DNA of 64,000 nt from Paraspadella gotoi (GCA_051294375.1 CM119266.1:3369151-3433150), one strand, 5' to 3'. Shown: positions 1 through 13,442, numbered from the stretch's first letter. Notes: a model not told the origin generated them from the sequence alone. Made by a program: numbers and translations.

Positions 1-1
1 C

Positions 2-1216
2 GGCAACGTTACCTTTGTTACTAACGACCAACTTTTACCAGAAGGGTACTTTCTTTCTTCAGTTTATCACTTGGGCAACTATTTAATTTTTGGTATCCAT
101 CATGTAACATATTTGATTTTTATGCTGGTCGAAATCGTTTTGGGAACTCTAAATAGCCTTCTCCTCTTGTATGTTCAAAACAGCATAAAAAAATATCTAA
201 TGGTTTTATTAAGTCTTTCATTTTTGACAATGATAATATATTTAAACATACATGCTGCAATAAAATTATTAAATTTAAGAGCCATGTTTTGTTTAGTCAT
301 ACCATTACCAAAATGTGAAAAAGTGCCATATTTGGGCAAATGGGATATTGAAATATCCACGTTAACACGACCAGTAGTTGAGAAAGCAGCTATTGAATCG
401 TTGTGGTCATGTTATGCATATGGCAATTTAATTTCAGCTTTATGTCCTGTCTTTCTGGTACTTACTTTTTTCTTTCAACTACAAAAATTATTTTACAAAC
501 CACCAGTAGTTAAACATATATCAAAACTGTTTTGCATTATTTTAGGACTTAGTGTTTTTATTTTTAAACTTTTCGAGAATCATATAATGAAATACATTAT
601 GGAAGAGTATAAAGAATATTGTAAAACTGTATTAGAAATGAAGATCTTTGGCGTCTATTCTTCAGACCCTTATCACCATTTTCTGTGGCTATTGTGGGCA
701 AGCAAAAATTCATTTTTAATGTTTGGTTTTTCCTTTGTATCATTTTTTATTTTAATTTTAAATTTAATTCTCGAGAAATTAAATGGATCTAAAAAGATTT
801 TTGCAAAAATTATGGTGGTTTCTTTTGGATTTGTAATTTACGGGCTATTATTTATATATTTACGTCATTTTCAACAAAGAACGAATTATTTGAATCAATA
901 TTCAGATTTTGATAATTTGATTGCTTACTTTGATTTTTTCCCGATATTTAAGTACGGTCATCAGTTTACCTATTCCCCAGCTTATCAAGTGACAACGTCT
1001 CTAGCCAGCGGAAAGTTTTGTTTTGCTTACAACAAAATGATAAAAAGACTAAAAAATAAAAATATTAGTAAAGTTATAAACATTATCGATACTCACATAT
1101 TGATTTTCTTTGAAAATATGACAGACGCCGTTGGTTCAAAAATGTTTGAAAAAAATGTCAATTTATTTGTTTTAGTATTTTTGTTACTTCCAATAATGCT
1201 AATTCTAACAAATTAA
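2..1216 (+). CDS. 3' part of a divergent XK-related multi-pass membrane protein (copy A; 5' end outside window)
   Basis: Frame is open from base 2 to TAA 1214-1216 with several hydrophobic helices. The same sequence in copy C (25038-26250) is preceded by XK-type motifs (DLLSD, FLESFPQL, ILASMALSTLSIASAL). Confidence 0.6.
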   Translation, partial: GNVTFVTNDQLLPEGYFLSSVYHLGNYLIFGIHHVTYLIFMLVEIVLGTLNSLLLLYVQNSIKKYLMVLLSLSFLTMIIYLNIHAAIKLLNLRAMFCLVIPLPKCEKVPYLGKWDIEISTLTRPVVEKAAIESLWSCYAYGNLISALCPVFLVLTFFFQLQKLFYKPPVVKHISKLFCIILGLSVFIFKLFENHIMKYIMEEYKEYCKTVLEMKIFGVYSSDPYHHFLWLLWASKNSFLMFGFSFVSFFILILNLILEKLNGSKKIFAKIMVVSFGFVIYGLLFIYLRHFQQRTNYLNQYSDFDNLIAYFDFFPIFKYGHQFTYSPAYQVTTSLASGKFCFAYNKMIKRLKNKNISKVINIIDTHILIFFENMTDAVGSKMFEKNVNLFVLVFLLLPIMLILTN

Positions 1217-2150
1217 TAAAAAATTAAAACTAGAAATCTTTAAAAGAAATTTTTTATAATATTGATATAGTCCTTGGAGTTAGGAATAATTTGACTATAT
1301 TGTTTTAAAAAATCAATTAAACATAATTTTTAATTTTTCTAGAAATAATCAACTTCCTAACAATGATGATAGATTTTTAACATAATAATTTATTGGATCA
1401 CCAAAGTTAATATACATCTTCTATTTTTCTATCTTTAATGAACAAATGTTTATCTTTACGTTGTTTAACACCGTTTCTTATATATTTTAAATTACATTTT
1501 TAGATTTAATTTTTTTCCTAATTTTGAAAAGGTTTTTAAAAAAAATGACTCAAAAATTTATCAACTTTGTCGAACAACTAGGAGGGTTGGGTATTAGGGT
1601 GGAGTGATGAAAAGATTGAGCGATTGAACATATTTTTTTGCTGCCTATGCACATGTATTTAATGAATTTTTAATCCATTAAAATTTTATTAAGCATAACA
1701 GTATAGTAAATTCAATTATTTATTTAGTAATATCCTTTTAAAATCATAAAATTTCAAAATAATTTTTTTTATTTTTAAGAACAGATTTGGATTCGCTGTA
1801 AAAAAAATAAGAAACTTATAAAATATGTTGTATGATATTTTAATGTTTAGACCACAAAAAATTACTAAAACCTTTTAACATATATAAGTTTCTACTACTA
1901 TTTTTAATTTTGACTTTTAAAGAATTTACTATTTTATAAGAAAATTGCTACAGATATATTGTATTTTACTATTCTGTTCCCGAGACAAAATGAAAAAAAT
2001 ATTTGTTTATTACGTCTAAATATCCTTGTTTGATCACTAATATTTTATTTTTTGAGTACTCCACTCTATTGGGTATATTATTTAATCACAACAATTTTTA
2101 TTGCAATTTATTTAATTCTAGGTTATTATTGGAAATCTCTTATATGTAAC

Positions 2151-2844
2151 ATGGAGGTTTCACTAATCTCTCTGTTATTTTCTTGTGGGTCTTTATGTCT
2201 TAAAACACTTTATCTGACATTCAAACATAATACATCTGACGACAGAAACTTTAGATCTATTGGTTGGGTATTGGGATTCATCTTGGTCAATCATACTTTG
2301 GTCTCCTGTTATATATAGCATTCCATTGGAGTTTTGGGGAGAGTCTACTATTTTAGCAACAAAGAATCCTTTACGATGGTCATTGACAAAGGTCTGTCAT
2401 ATGGACTTGCATTAGTGCCCATAATGATTGATATTTACTTGGAAAATTGAAAGACTATGCAAGATCGAATAAATTTCAACCTCATAGGTGAGCTAATGTT
2501 AGATTGTTGCATTAGTCCATGAATCAGTTGGATCACCATGGTACATGTATATTGTATAACATCAAGGAAAGCTAAGAAAACAATTGAGCTTTTATTAATA
2601 ATTTTATTCAAGTTAGTCTAATCAGCTCTTATGTATATTTTCAAATCAACTAAAAATTAAATTGTTTCTGGCACTTCACAGAGAGGCACGCAGAGAGACT
2701 CATTTGATTCACATTGTGCAGGAGTCCTTTCCCCAGCTCGTTGTCCGGACAGCATTGGCCGTCCTCTCCTTGACTGAAGAAAGTAGAGAGATTTGTGTAC
2801 CGAAAGTACCAAAAGTTTTAGTACAATATTTTAGAACAGTTTAA
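2151..2844 (+). pseudogene. Truncated or degenerate second XK-related paralogue (N-terminal two exons)
   Basis: Aligns by eye with 23395-24080 (ATGGAGGTTT vs ATGGAAATTT; shared IGWVLG.IL; same intron position, donor ~2488, acceptor ~2680). HIVQESFPQLVV matches the XK ESxPQL motif. Frameshifts and an early stop could be assembly errors. Confidence 0.5.
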
Positions 2845-3430
2845 CTTTAAACTAACAACTTCAAACTGAATAATATTGATATCAAAATTTAAATTTTACC
2901 TCAAACAAATGTTTACCTACAAATATTTTTGGTATGAATTTTCTTTTCAATATTATTTACTGCAATATGCAAATTAGAATATAGTATATTATATTTATAT
3001 ATAATATATAGTAGAGTATATTATATATATATATATATATATACTAAATTTTATATTTATAGAAAGTAATTGGCATATTGAAGTAAATCATAATATTAAT
3101 AAGAAAGAAATTCAAACAAAAAATACTTGATTGCATATGAAACATAACAATTGTAAAAATGTTAAAAATGAAAAGCCATATCTAAATTTTTATAAAAATC
3201 TATCGTAATTCGTAGTAGTTTTTATTTAAAATAAAACAAACAAAAAAACATAAGAAAAAAGCGTGACGCCGACGACAACGACGACGTCACAAAGAAGCGA
3301 AAACGATTCAAAATCGTCTGGCGAGATAAAAAAAGAAATAAAAAAGAAATAAAAAAAGAATGTTTTTGTTTATTTTTCATGTCGCACGATGACGCGAGGT
3401 TGCGGGGCGATCAACGGAAAAAACGTGGGA

Positions 3431-3493
<63 letters not shown>

Positions 3494-3564
3494 TTTATTT
3501 TGCTTCCACATTTAATCTCTTAAAAAATCAGACCACCTTTCCTTTTTCCACCAAACAAGCTTAC

Positions 3565-3882
3565 CTCCCTCCAACTGGTTGCTTGCTCGTAACTCGGCAG
3601 GGAGTGGTTCCGCTTGTCCAGAGAGTTGGAGGCGAGACTTCCGGCGACTTTGTTTTTGAAGCTGTTGTTGAGGGATCGGTTGAGGGATGTCGACCTGAAG
3701 AGAGGAAGGGAGGCCGAAGAGGTTGTGGAAGGGGTGAGCCGTTAGGGTCAGGAAGAGAAGCCGAGGGTGGAGAAAAAGGTTAATATATATAGTAGTGTAG
3801 AGAATTTGAGAACAAAAATTTATTTGATAATAATAATAATAATAATATAAATAATAATAATAATAAATAATAATAATAATAA

Positions 3883-3913
<31 letters not shown>

Positions 3914-4095
3914 ATAAATAATAATAATAGACTTGTTAGTTTTCCTTTCTTTTTCGTTGGTGTATGATTTAGAGACAGAAAAAATTGATTTTCAAAACGA
4001 ATTGTTTTTATTAAAGATGCAGACATGTTTCGAATAATTGTTTTGTTCATCATCAGTGCATTTAGACAATTTGAAATACAAAACTTTGCCAAGTC

Positions 4096-4194
<99 letters not shown>

Positions 4195-5520
4195 CCAACA
4201 AAGGGTTGAGAGAAAGTGAACAGTCAGAGGGCGAGAACAGCTGAAGTTTTGGTTCAGATAGAGAGATACAGGAGGGAAAAGAAAATAAAGGTCAAATGAG
4301 AAATAATGCAGAGGTAATGAATTTTACATTGAAATAATAAAAACTAAAAAGTAAAATAATAATAACAACAGGTGAAATAAATAATAGTTTTGTAATTTGT
4401 TAATAATGAAAGGAAAATTGAAATTTGTAAGTAAAAGGAGAAAGGTAAAGAAAGAAGCTCAAAGTGAGCAAAACAATTGTTCGAAACATGTCTGCCTCTT
4501 TAATAAACAAGCAGAACAGCTTTTAAACCTCAGATTCTCTGATAATGTTCCATAATTGCCCGGGCGCAACCCCCCCCCATTTCCAACCCCCCTGGCCCCC
4601 CCAATTGCCAACCCCCAACCCCCTGGCCCCCCCCTAACCCCCCTGGCCAGTGGCAACCACAACCTCTGGTTTGGGGTCGGCGGAAGTTCGTCCGGCGCCG
4701 AATCCTGGCGCCGCAATTTCCCGTCGGCGCGGATCCGGCAGAACACGACGGCGCTGACGACGACGATGACGAAGAGGACGACGCTGACCAGCACGACGAT
4801 GACGAGCAACTTGTGTTCCTGAAGGAAGATGGATTAGAAATTAGAATTTGGATTAGAATTTGAATTAGAATTAATCACGGAACATCTTTTTTAAATTAGA
4901 ATGATGGATAATTTTTATATTAGATCTACCAATTTTATTAGTTATAATTATCATTAAATGACGATCTTGGATCTTATGTTCTCTCTCTCGCTCTCTCTCT
5001 CTCTCTTTCTTCCTTTGCTCTGACTCTTAACCTATTCATTTGGTACTGAAGATAATGTGTCCAAAAGATCCAAATATTGGTCATTAATAAACATTGTACC
5101 TGTACTCCCATGTGTAATCTTTAACTAATTATCGTTATTAGTTATAACTATTATAATTAGTTATAATGGTTATTATTAGTTTTAATTATTACTACTATTA
5201 TTAAATCCAAGTAAATATTCATCGCGAAAAAAATACAGTCACGTCTCTCTCTCTGGTCTTGTTTCTTATATCTTGTTTTACGCAGCAACGGCACGACGTA
5301 TTGTTAGATTTCTATTCAAGTATTACATAATAAATTAATTTTAATTTTAATCATTAGTGGTCATTAATTTTATTTGATATTCAATATATGGATATCCTTA
5401 GCATTAATTATACCTCCAAGACCAGGTAAAAAAGACGAAGGACGAGAAAAAACGTTTTCAATTCTTCGGATTTGATCTCGCCTCCAGTTTTGCTTTCAGT
5501 TTCGCCTCCGCCCATGGCGC

Positions 5521-5554
<34 letters not shown>

Positions 5555-5626
5555 ACCGTCAGCGATGGTGAAAGCAAAAAGTAAGAAAGAAAAAATCCAA
5601 GACGAAGGAACGAAAACTGACTTCAT
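3565..5626 (-). CDS. Small type I membrane protein with PY motif (Commissureless/PRRG-like architecture); exons 5626-5414, 4818-4664, 3694-3565, terminal exon unresolved near 3260-3430
   Basis: GT-AG boundaries with consistent phases (0,2,0). Translation gives signal-like MKSVFVPSSWIFSFLLFAFTIADG, poly-N, TM LLVIVVLVSVVLFVIVVVSAVVFC and a cytoplasmic tail with RRQDS and LPSYEQA. Copies at ~14390-17718 and ~28645-30822. Confidence 0.65.
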
Positions 5627-6139
5627 CGTATCGCGACGATTTCACTGTACTTTTGGGCGACGTTCGTAAAATTTGTTGATATAAACAAACTGCATACACT
5701 TAAGTCATTAACATTGTTTTCTTTTTTCTTTTTTCAGCTTATATGTTTCATGTTTTTTCGTGTTTTTTTTTTAATGTGGAGAAAATGTTTAGAAAAAAAA
5801 ATCCTTAAACGAAGGATTTAACTCAAATTTTAAGACATTTTTTTTTTGGTTTTAAGTTCAAATTTATCTTTCTTCCCTTTTTTTGTAATTCGATTTGTAT
5901 CTTTTCCTTGAAAAGTATATTATTTGTTTTTGTTTTTTTTTATTTTTCTTCTTTTCGTGAGAAACTCGCGTGATTTCGTTTATCCTTCGTGTTTTTGTGA
6001 ATCCGCGAGATTAACATTGGCGGCCGGTGAGTAAGAGAACGAGAACGAGAGAGAGAGAGAGGGAGAGAGAGAGAGAGAGAGCCCGAAATAGTGAGAACAG
6101 AGGCTGACAAGAAAAGTCACGGGGCAGAAAAGCACGGAC

Positions 6140-6199
6140 TTCGTCGTCGTTTTCGTCGTCGTCGTCTTCATCATCATCGACGTCGTTATCTCTGACGAG

Positions 6200-6236
<37 letters not shown>

Positions 6237-6310
6237 TCCTCCCCCTCAAAAGGTCCGTCGTCGGGGTGACTCGGGGCGTGAAGGAAATACGGTGAATTGT
6301 AACCGGTCAT
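6140..6310 (-). CDS. Possible acidic (poly-Asp) exon of an unresolved minus-strand gene
   Basis: GC-rich island in AT-rich DNA reading MTGYNSPYFLHAPSHPDDGPFEGEDDDD...ENDDE then GT. Partly a (GTC)n repeat. Present in all three block copies. Confidence 0.25.
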
Positions 6311-6433
6311 GAATGGATGAAAATGGACGAAAATGGACGAAAATGGACGAACTGAGCAGAAAAAAGGGATAAAAAGAGGGAATGCGATGACGACCTGGAA
6401 ACGAAAAAAGGGAAAAGGTGGATGTTTGCTGAG

Positions 6434-6490
<57 letters not shown>

Positions 6491-6666
6491 AGACGAATCG
6501 GAGGGGAGGAAGAGAGAGCTTCCGATTTATGCTACTTCACGTCTTTCGTTCGTGATTTTCATTCATGAGCTCATATCTTTTTTTTTTAAGATCAGAAAGA
6601 CAAATGAGAGGAATGAATGAATGAACAAAGAAAGGAGATTGAGAAAAAGTGAATGAGTGAATGACC

Positions 6667-6729
<63 letters not shown>

Positions 6730-6779
6730 GATTGAGGGAAAATTGGCCGATCGTACGCAAGGTAAACATCCACAATTTA

Positions 6780-6824
<45 letters not shown>

Positions 6825-6941
6825 AGAAGAGAGAGAGAGAGAAGAAGTTAAACTTTGAAAACAATAGTACCCCCATATTTTTTTCACAAAAATATTCTAC
6901 TCTTATATTCTGCTTGAAGAAGGATAAAAGCTGCTCTCTCT

Positions 6942-7007
<66 letters not shown>

Positions 7008-7293
7008 CACAAAGCCTCCACTTTCTTATTCTTTCTTCAAATTCCTGAATTTGTTTTCGACTTAAAAAAAAAAAGAAAAAGAAAGTAAAATCCTGACCCA
7101 AATTTTGGTCTCTTTTTCCTCATTTTTTTCTTTCCGGGATTCAGATCGTGAAACCGGAAATCTTGTTTATTCCTCGAACGATCACGTGACAGCTTTTGGT
7201 CATGTGACCGTTCTCGATCCTGAGTGTCAAAATCTGGATTTTTAATAGGGCGAGGTCAATGTCAATGTGGACGACACATCGACGGTCGGAACT

Positions 7294-7360
<67 letters not shown>

Positions 7361-9368
7361 CCTCTCTCTCTCTCTTTCTCTTTCTCTCTCTCTCTTCCTC
7401 CGGATCTTGATCTTGATCGAGGCCGTTCCATTTACTTTTCGGATTGTCTTTTCTAAAACTATTGTAAACTATCTCTTTAGGATTCTAGAACTTCTTTCAC
7501 ACGAAACGAATTTTGGGTTGTTTATTGTTAGTTTCAATTTTAAAGTGGAGAAATCTCGCTCTCTCTCTCTCTCTCTTCTCTCTCTCCTCTCTCCCATCTC
7601 TCTCTCTCGTTCTCCCTCTCGTTCACTACTTCAAAGATGATCCGCATTTATAACGACCCAAAGAATTCAACTTTTACAACGCCCTATCCTCCTCCTCCTC
7701 CTCCTCCTCCTCTCTTCTTCTTCCTCTTCGGCTCTTTCACATCGTGACAGCCACAGGGGTGAGACCCAAATTAAACACGATAAAAAGTGAAACTCTTCAC
7801 GCGAAAGTTTTCGCTTCATTGTGAGCATTAAAACGTTTGATCGATTTTCTTTAGGGACTTTTAAATTCCTTTTGTATTTAGATGCCAGGATTATTAACTT
7901 AACTTATTAATTATTTAATCAATTCAATTTATTTATCAATCAATAAATCAATAAATCAATAAATCAATAAAATCAATAAATCAATCAATCACGAATCAAT
8001 CAATCAACCAATCAATCAATCAATAAAAGTCAATCGTTATCGGCATTAATGTCGTCGTCGCCATCATCTCGTCATTGCTTTTGTCGTGGTTAGTGACAAA
8101 AGACCAAAAAATTAAACATTTCGGATCAAATTGTTTGCTCAAACTTGTTTAAGTTTAATTATAAAAAACATATTATAAACTGAATCAAACCTCAATATAG
8201 TTTGTTTCGCTTGTTATTAACATTATATTCTGTTTTCGATTTTGCCGAGATTTGACACTTGGTTGACCCCAGAGTTGACCTTCCCTGACCTCACGGTAAA
8301 TTCCGTTTCTGACCCAGACTTTTTTTGTTCGAGCGGATCCGAGCTGGCGCCGGTCGTCGTCGTTCGTCGTCGTCGTCGTCGTCGTCGTTCCGCTGCTGTC
8401 GTGTCTCGATCTCGAGGTGATTTCGATAAAAACAACAGACGACGACGATACGTAAAATACGATACCGTATTAGTAACTAGTAAACTAAACTTTGACATAT
8501 TTTTTATGAACTTATTCTTTAAAGATCACGAAATGGATATCACAATAAGAACAGCAAATGACTAGTGATGCGATGTTGAATTTACTGGAAGTCTTCTCGT
8601 CTAATTCTAAACAACGAATGGAAACAAATTCTCAACTCGTGTAATGAATAATATTACGGGACAGTTGACCCCATCGCTAGCAGCAGTATCTGTCAGCAGT
8701 ATCTTCCAGCAGTATCTTCTCAAGCCTTTACCACTGGATTCAAAAATTCAGGAACTAAAGTTGTTCAAAAAGACGGGAAATTCTTCCGGAACAATAGATA
8801 CATGGTACAGTTTTACAAGCGCCGCTAAAAAAAACGCTGTCATTTGCAAACACCTTGAATATTTTTCAATGTTAAATATGAATTTAAAAGTGAAAACCCA
8901 AACTATATATATGCACAATTTTATCAGAATTCGACTTTGATATGCCTCAGTAACGATAGCTTTGGCTCCCCTTTAAATTAGGTAATATAATATTTTGTAA
9001 GGTTTTAAAAGCGAAAGAAACTGTGAAGTTGTGTGATGAAACAACCCTCTGAACCATCTTCCTAACCAGTCTTAGCCGTCGGGCCCTCCCTTACCCCCCG
9101 CATTTTGAGGCCATCTTCCCCTTTTCTCCCCATCCCGATTAGACCACACTGAGCACCCACTCGGCTTTGGTCGCTGAAGCTTAAATCCTAGACTCACCCA
9201 GTCGCCTTCTCTTCAATTCTTTACGCTTCACTTACTTTCTAATCTGTGAATCACCAGTTTCGCTCTCTTCCTTTTCCCGTCTCTCTCTCTCTCTTGCTCT
9301 CTCTCTCTCTTTTCTCTCTCCTTAAACACTTGCGTGAGCAAGAAAGGGAGAAGGGAAAGAGAGAGAAA

Positions 9369-9399
<31 letters not shown>

Positions 9400-9973
9400 A
9401 AAGAGAGACAGGGAGAGAAGAGAAGGAGAAAGAGATGGGATGAAAGATCGAGGGAGAAGGGAGAGCGAGAGAGAGACTTGCTTCACTTTTTTCAGAAGTT
9501 GCTCGCCGATGGAAAATCTTTGTACGGAAGAGATAGGAAGAAAAACCGTAGGCGATTTCCTTGAGAAAGGAAGTGAAGATAAAAAAGAGAGGTTGAAGGA
9601 AAGATTTTGAGGAAAGAGAAGTAAAACAAAAGAGAGGTTGAGGAAAGATTTTAGAAAAGAGACAGTAAAACAAAGAGAGAGGTTTAAGAAAGGAAGAGCA
9701 ATAGTTGAGAAAATCTCCGAAACAAAAATTCTTAACCAAAAGAAGTGATGGAGAAAGGAACATAAAAAAGCAGTGACGAATATCTGTAGAAAATTGGCGA
9801 GACTCATTACAGTATTATACTATATTATACTATCCTTATCATACTGTCCTATAAGAAAATTAATCGACGGAGTTAAGCCAAAGGTCGAGATTTGTTTTGA
9901 AGTTGAAAAATGAGCTCCAGTGAGCGAGGATTGACTTTTAGCGAGAGAGAGAGGAGAGAGAGAGACTGCAGAA

Positions 9974-10007
<34 letters not shown>

Positions 10008-10019
10008 AGAGAGGAGAAG

Positions 10020-10055
<36 letters not shown>

Positions 10056-10623
10056 TGTTCTTGTTTTTCTAGTTATGCTCATCATTTCATTTTCATTTAT
10101 TTACATTTATCTATAATACGATAATATTTGAATAACTTTTATAAAAAATATTAAGTACCTTCTCTTTCAAAATACAAGATATGATGAAATACCAAAGAAA
10201 GAAAGAAAGTAAGAGAGCAAGAAATAAGGAAAAGGAAAAAAAGAAAAAGAAAGAAAAAAAGAAGAAATAAAGAAAAAAAAGAAAAGAAAAGAAAAAGAAA
10301 GAAAAGAAAAGAAAAGAAAGAAAAGAAAAGAAAGAAGAAAGAAGAAAAGAAAGAAAAGAAGAAGAAAAGAAAAAACCGAAAAGGTAAGGTCGAAGTAAGG
10401 ACGCCCGGCCCGCTCGGCCCGTATCCGTCGGGGAAAGAATGTTTTGTTTACGATTTCCTCGTTGGTTCTCGATTGTTCACTGTTATCCACGAAGTTCGGA
10501 CGCGCGAGCTCAAACTTTTTTTTTCCTTTTTATCTCAACTCCTTTTTCCCCCTTTATTTACACGTCTCGCATCTTTTCTCTCTCATTTTCTTTTCTCTTT
10601 TCCTGGCTAACTGTTTTCGCCAA

Positions 10624-10696
<73 letters not shown>

Positions 10697-11422
10697 AGAT
10701 CACAGCCTTTTGCACAAAACCCTAATGTTTTAGATTAAATAAATAGTTATATGCTTTATTAAGGACCACTGCGGAGATAATAAAAATTTCGAATATTAGC
10801 AAAGTTTTTTTTAGTTGTCTTTGAAATTTATTTAACAATCATTTAAAAAAAAAAATTACATTATATGTCTTGATAAATATATTAAATGTTACTCATCTCT
10901 TTTTTCGTATTTAAATTTTTTTTTCAGGAATCTGAAATTTTCGATGGATTCTGATAGAGCAAATAAAAGTTAAACAAAGAATATAATTACAGCTTTTAAA
11001 AATTTCTACGCTTTTTAAGTAAAAATATAAAAAACTGATAAAATTATCGAAAGATGATGATGATGACGATTTTATCGTTTTTTTATATTTTGACTCACTA
11101 TTTTAAAAATGAATTATACTTTGTGTAGACAACTTTTTATGAGCCTATTATCTGAATCTTGTCTTAAAAGTTCTCAAAATTTTTTTGGCCTTCCTATTTA
11201 TAAATAAATATAAAAAATATATAAGAAATTTTGTTGTCCATTGAAAGTATACTTAAAAATGTATAAATTTTCGTTTGAGCAATTACTCATTCTAAATTTT
11301 TGACTCACCCCCATTGTGTGGGGCACCCCTAGCTTTAGCTTAAGCTCTTAGTAGTTTTTCACGAATACTAAATAGCCTTTGATATATCCGATTATGAAAG
11401 TATATTGGTGAATACTGAGAGA

Positions 11423-11641
11423 CAGTAATTATTGTATGTGTTAGTGACAAACCGTTCAATATAAGCAGTCCCTGAGCTTCGGATCAGGCTGTAAACACCA
11501 TGTTACAGGCGGGTTATGCGCCCCGTCCTCTTTAACTGCCAGACGACACGGGCAAGAACCCGGACTTTTGGTTGGGAGGCGAATGACTTGCCTCCGGCAC
11601 CAATGGCCGCTGATGAACGGTTGGTGGATTTTAGTCCACCA
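11423..11641 (-). mobile_element. tRNA(Gly)-derived SINE family 1 (other copies 36484-36707, 48233-48456, 48790-48986)
   Basis: Minus strand has an A-box-like TGGTGC(C/A)GGAGG, TTCGCCTCCCAA resembling the tRNA-Gly(CCC) anticodon arm, a B-box-like GGTTCTAGCCC, a conserved body and an AT-rich tail. Dispersed copies occur at unrelated sites. Confidence 0.75.
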
Positions 11642-12439
11642 TAATACTTATATTCGCTATTGAAATAGTATGTACATGTACATTGTACATATAAAGGCTT
11701 TAAATATATGGCTTTATTGTATATTTACAATGTTACCTATAAAAACATAAATTAAGGCTAAACTTATTACATGGCGATGAGAAGGCGACACATGTTTATT
11801 TGTTTATAGACGGCCATAGATAAGCGGCGCAGCGGCAGCGGCAGCGAGCAGCGGCACCCGCAGCCGCAGCGAAAGTCAAGTTAGAAACGCAGGCAGACTG
11901 CAATTGCACAGAGGGAGTTCACTCAAGAAACTTACGGGACCAGATTGAAATTCGTTCAGATATCTATACTATATTATATTAAACCAATTTATGAACCGTT
12001 ATCCAGAATTCAAACTAATGCCGCTCTAATCCTCTCTCATTCTAATTCCTAAGTTTTTAGACCTTAATTAATTAAGGCTTAATGGCAGGACCCCTGCACT
12101 AATCACTAACCTGTGCCTTGGATGACTAAATAACTTTAATGACTAAAAGACTGAACACTTCAAATTCATTTATAGCATTTTATGACTGAAAGACTAAATG
12201 ACTGGATTCTATTCAAGTCGTCTAATCACACTTAGAATAAATACAGTAAATATTGTATCATCTGCGTTTAAGTTTATATACAAAATTTAGGAAAATAACA
12301 TATTAAAATATAGAATAACGAAAAGTCATTCATAAAACTTATCGTGCGGCTTTCGATCGGGTTTTTCGTGCGACCGAAATCTCTATCGCCTCACCTCCAC
12401 TTCTCTCCTTTTCAATCATGAACTTACCTTTTTTCACTC

Positions 12440-12790
12440 TCTTATTATATTCCTTTTCTTACTGTTTTTTTGCACCTCGACGAACTTGTTTTCCGACGGC
12501 ATCAATATGAAGCCTTACTCGTCTTTGTTTTAGTCTTTAACTTACCTCTGCTCACCACCAACTTAATTCGAACGAGACTCGCCCTTCTTCCATTTCAAGA
12601 ATGAGAAACCGGTTTATGGCGACTGTCGACCGACAGCAACAACAACAACAACAGCGAACAACACGACAGGAAATCAGTTTTGGTCAAACTTCTAATTTTT
12701 TCGACTTGAAAAAATTGTTTCCTCAGTTTTACTGACTCTTAAATTCCAAAAGTAGAAATCGTCTTTCCCGTGACGTTAACAGACATTTTT
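12440..12790 (-). CDS. Candidate 5' exons of a gene divergently transcribed from E-Syt (clearer in copy C, ~37500-37840)
   Basis: ATG-started MSVNVNGKDDSTLEF... with a hydrophobic stretch and AG|GTAAG donors at ~12545 and ~12425. Downstream exons could not be linked. Confidence 0.3.
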
Positions 12791-12837
12791 CTGTTACGGA
12801 CTTTTTTGGATCGATCCGAAAAAAATATAAAATTTAA

Positions 12838-13172
12838 AATGATGCAAGTTGAAAAATGATGCGAATTTGAAAAATTATGCAAGTTGAAAAAATGATGCTA
12901 AGTTGAAAAAAATGATGCGAATTTGAAAAGATTATGCTAATTGAAAAATGATGCAAGTTAAAAAAATGATGCGAGTTAAAAAAACAATGCAAGTTGAAAA
13001 AAATAATAATAGTTAAAAAAAATATTTTTTTTACCATAGTAAAACAGTTCAGTTTAATCCTTGTAAGCGATTTACATGTATTGGCGCAACCATTGGTTTT
13101 GGTTGTACGATGATATAGTTAGGATCTATATATGATAGCTGATTACAGCTTAATTATCGTAGGCAGATCCGA
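12838..13172 (-). mobile_element. 5' fragment of the HINE/DINE-like element including its ~20-bp minisatellite (also 37895-38200)
   Basis: CTTAATTATCGTAGGCAGATCCGA is the reverse complement of the element end at 51217. Tandem ATGCAAGTTGAAAAAATG units are related to the 51410-51600 array. Confidence 0.6.
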
Positions 13173-13409
13173 TATTATATTTGCTGAACCTTGTTGAATT
13201 TAGATTCCAAACTATAATTTTATTTAACTTTTAATTTAACGCCTTTGTCGGACTTTGATTGAATTCAAAATTAAACATCCGACAATAAAACTTAAATTCT
13301 AGATTCAAACTATCGTCGTCGTCCTTTTCGCCTCGGATTAAATCAAATATGGCCGACAAATTCTTGATCAAAGTCTTTTGGAATGAGTTTCACTCTCTCT
13401 CTCTCATCT

Positions 13410-13442
<33 letters not shown>

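Noticed and set aside
8676-8720. CAGCAGTATC x3 with a miR-15/16-like TAGCAGCA
   Set aside because: Short tandem repeat with no precursor hairpin.
11606-11670. Possible hammerhead ribozyme at CTGATGA in SINE family 1
   Set aside because: No correctly placed GAAA or stem III conserved across the four copies.
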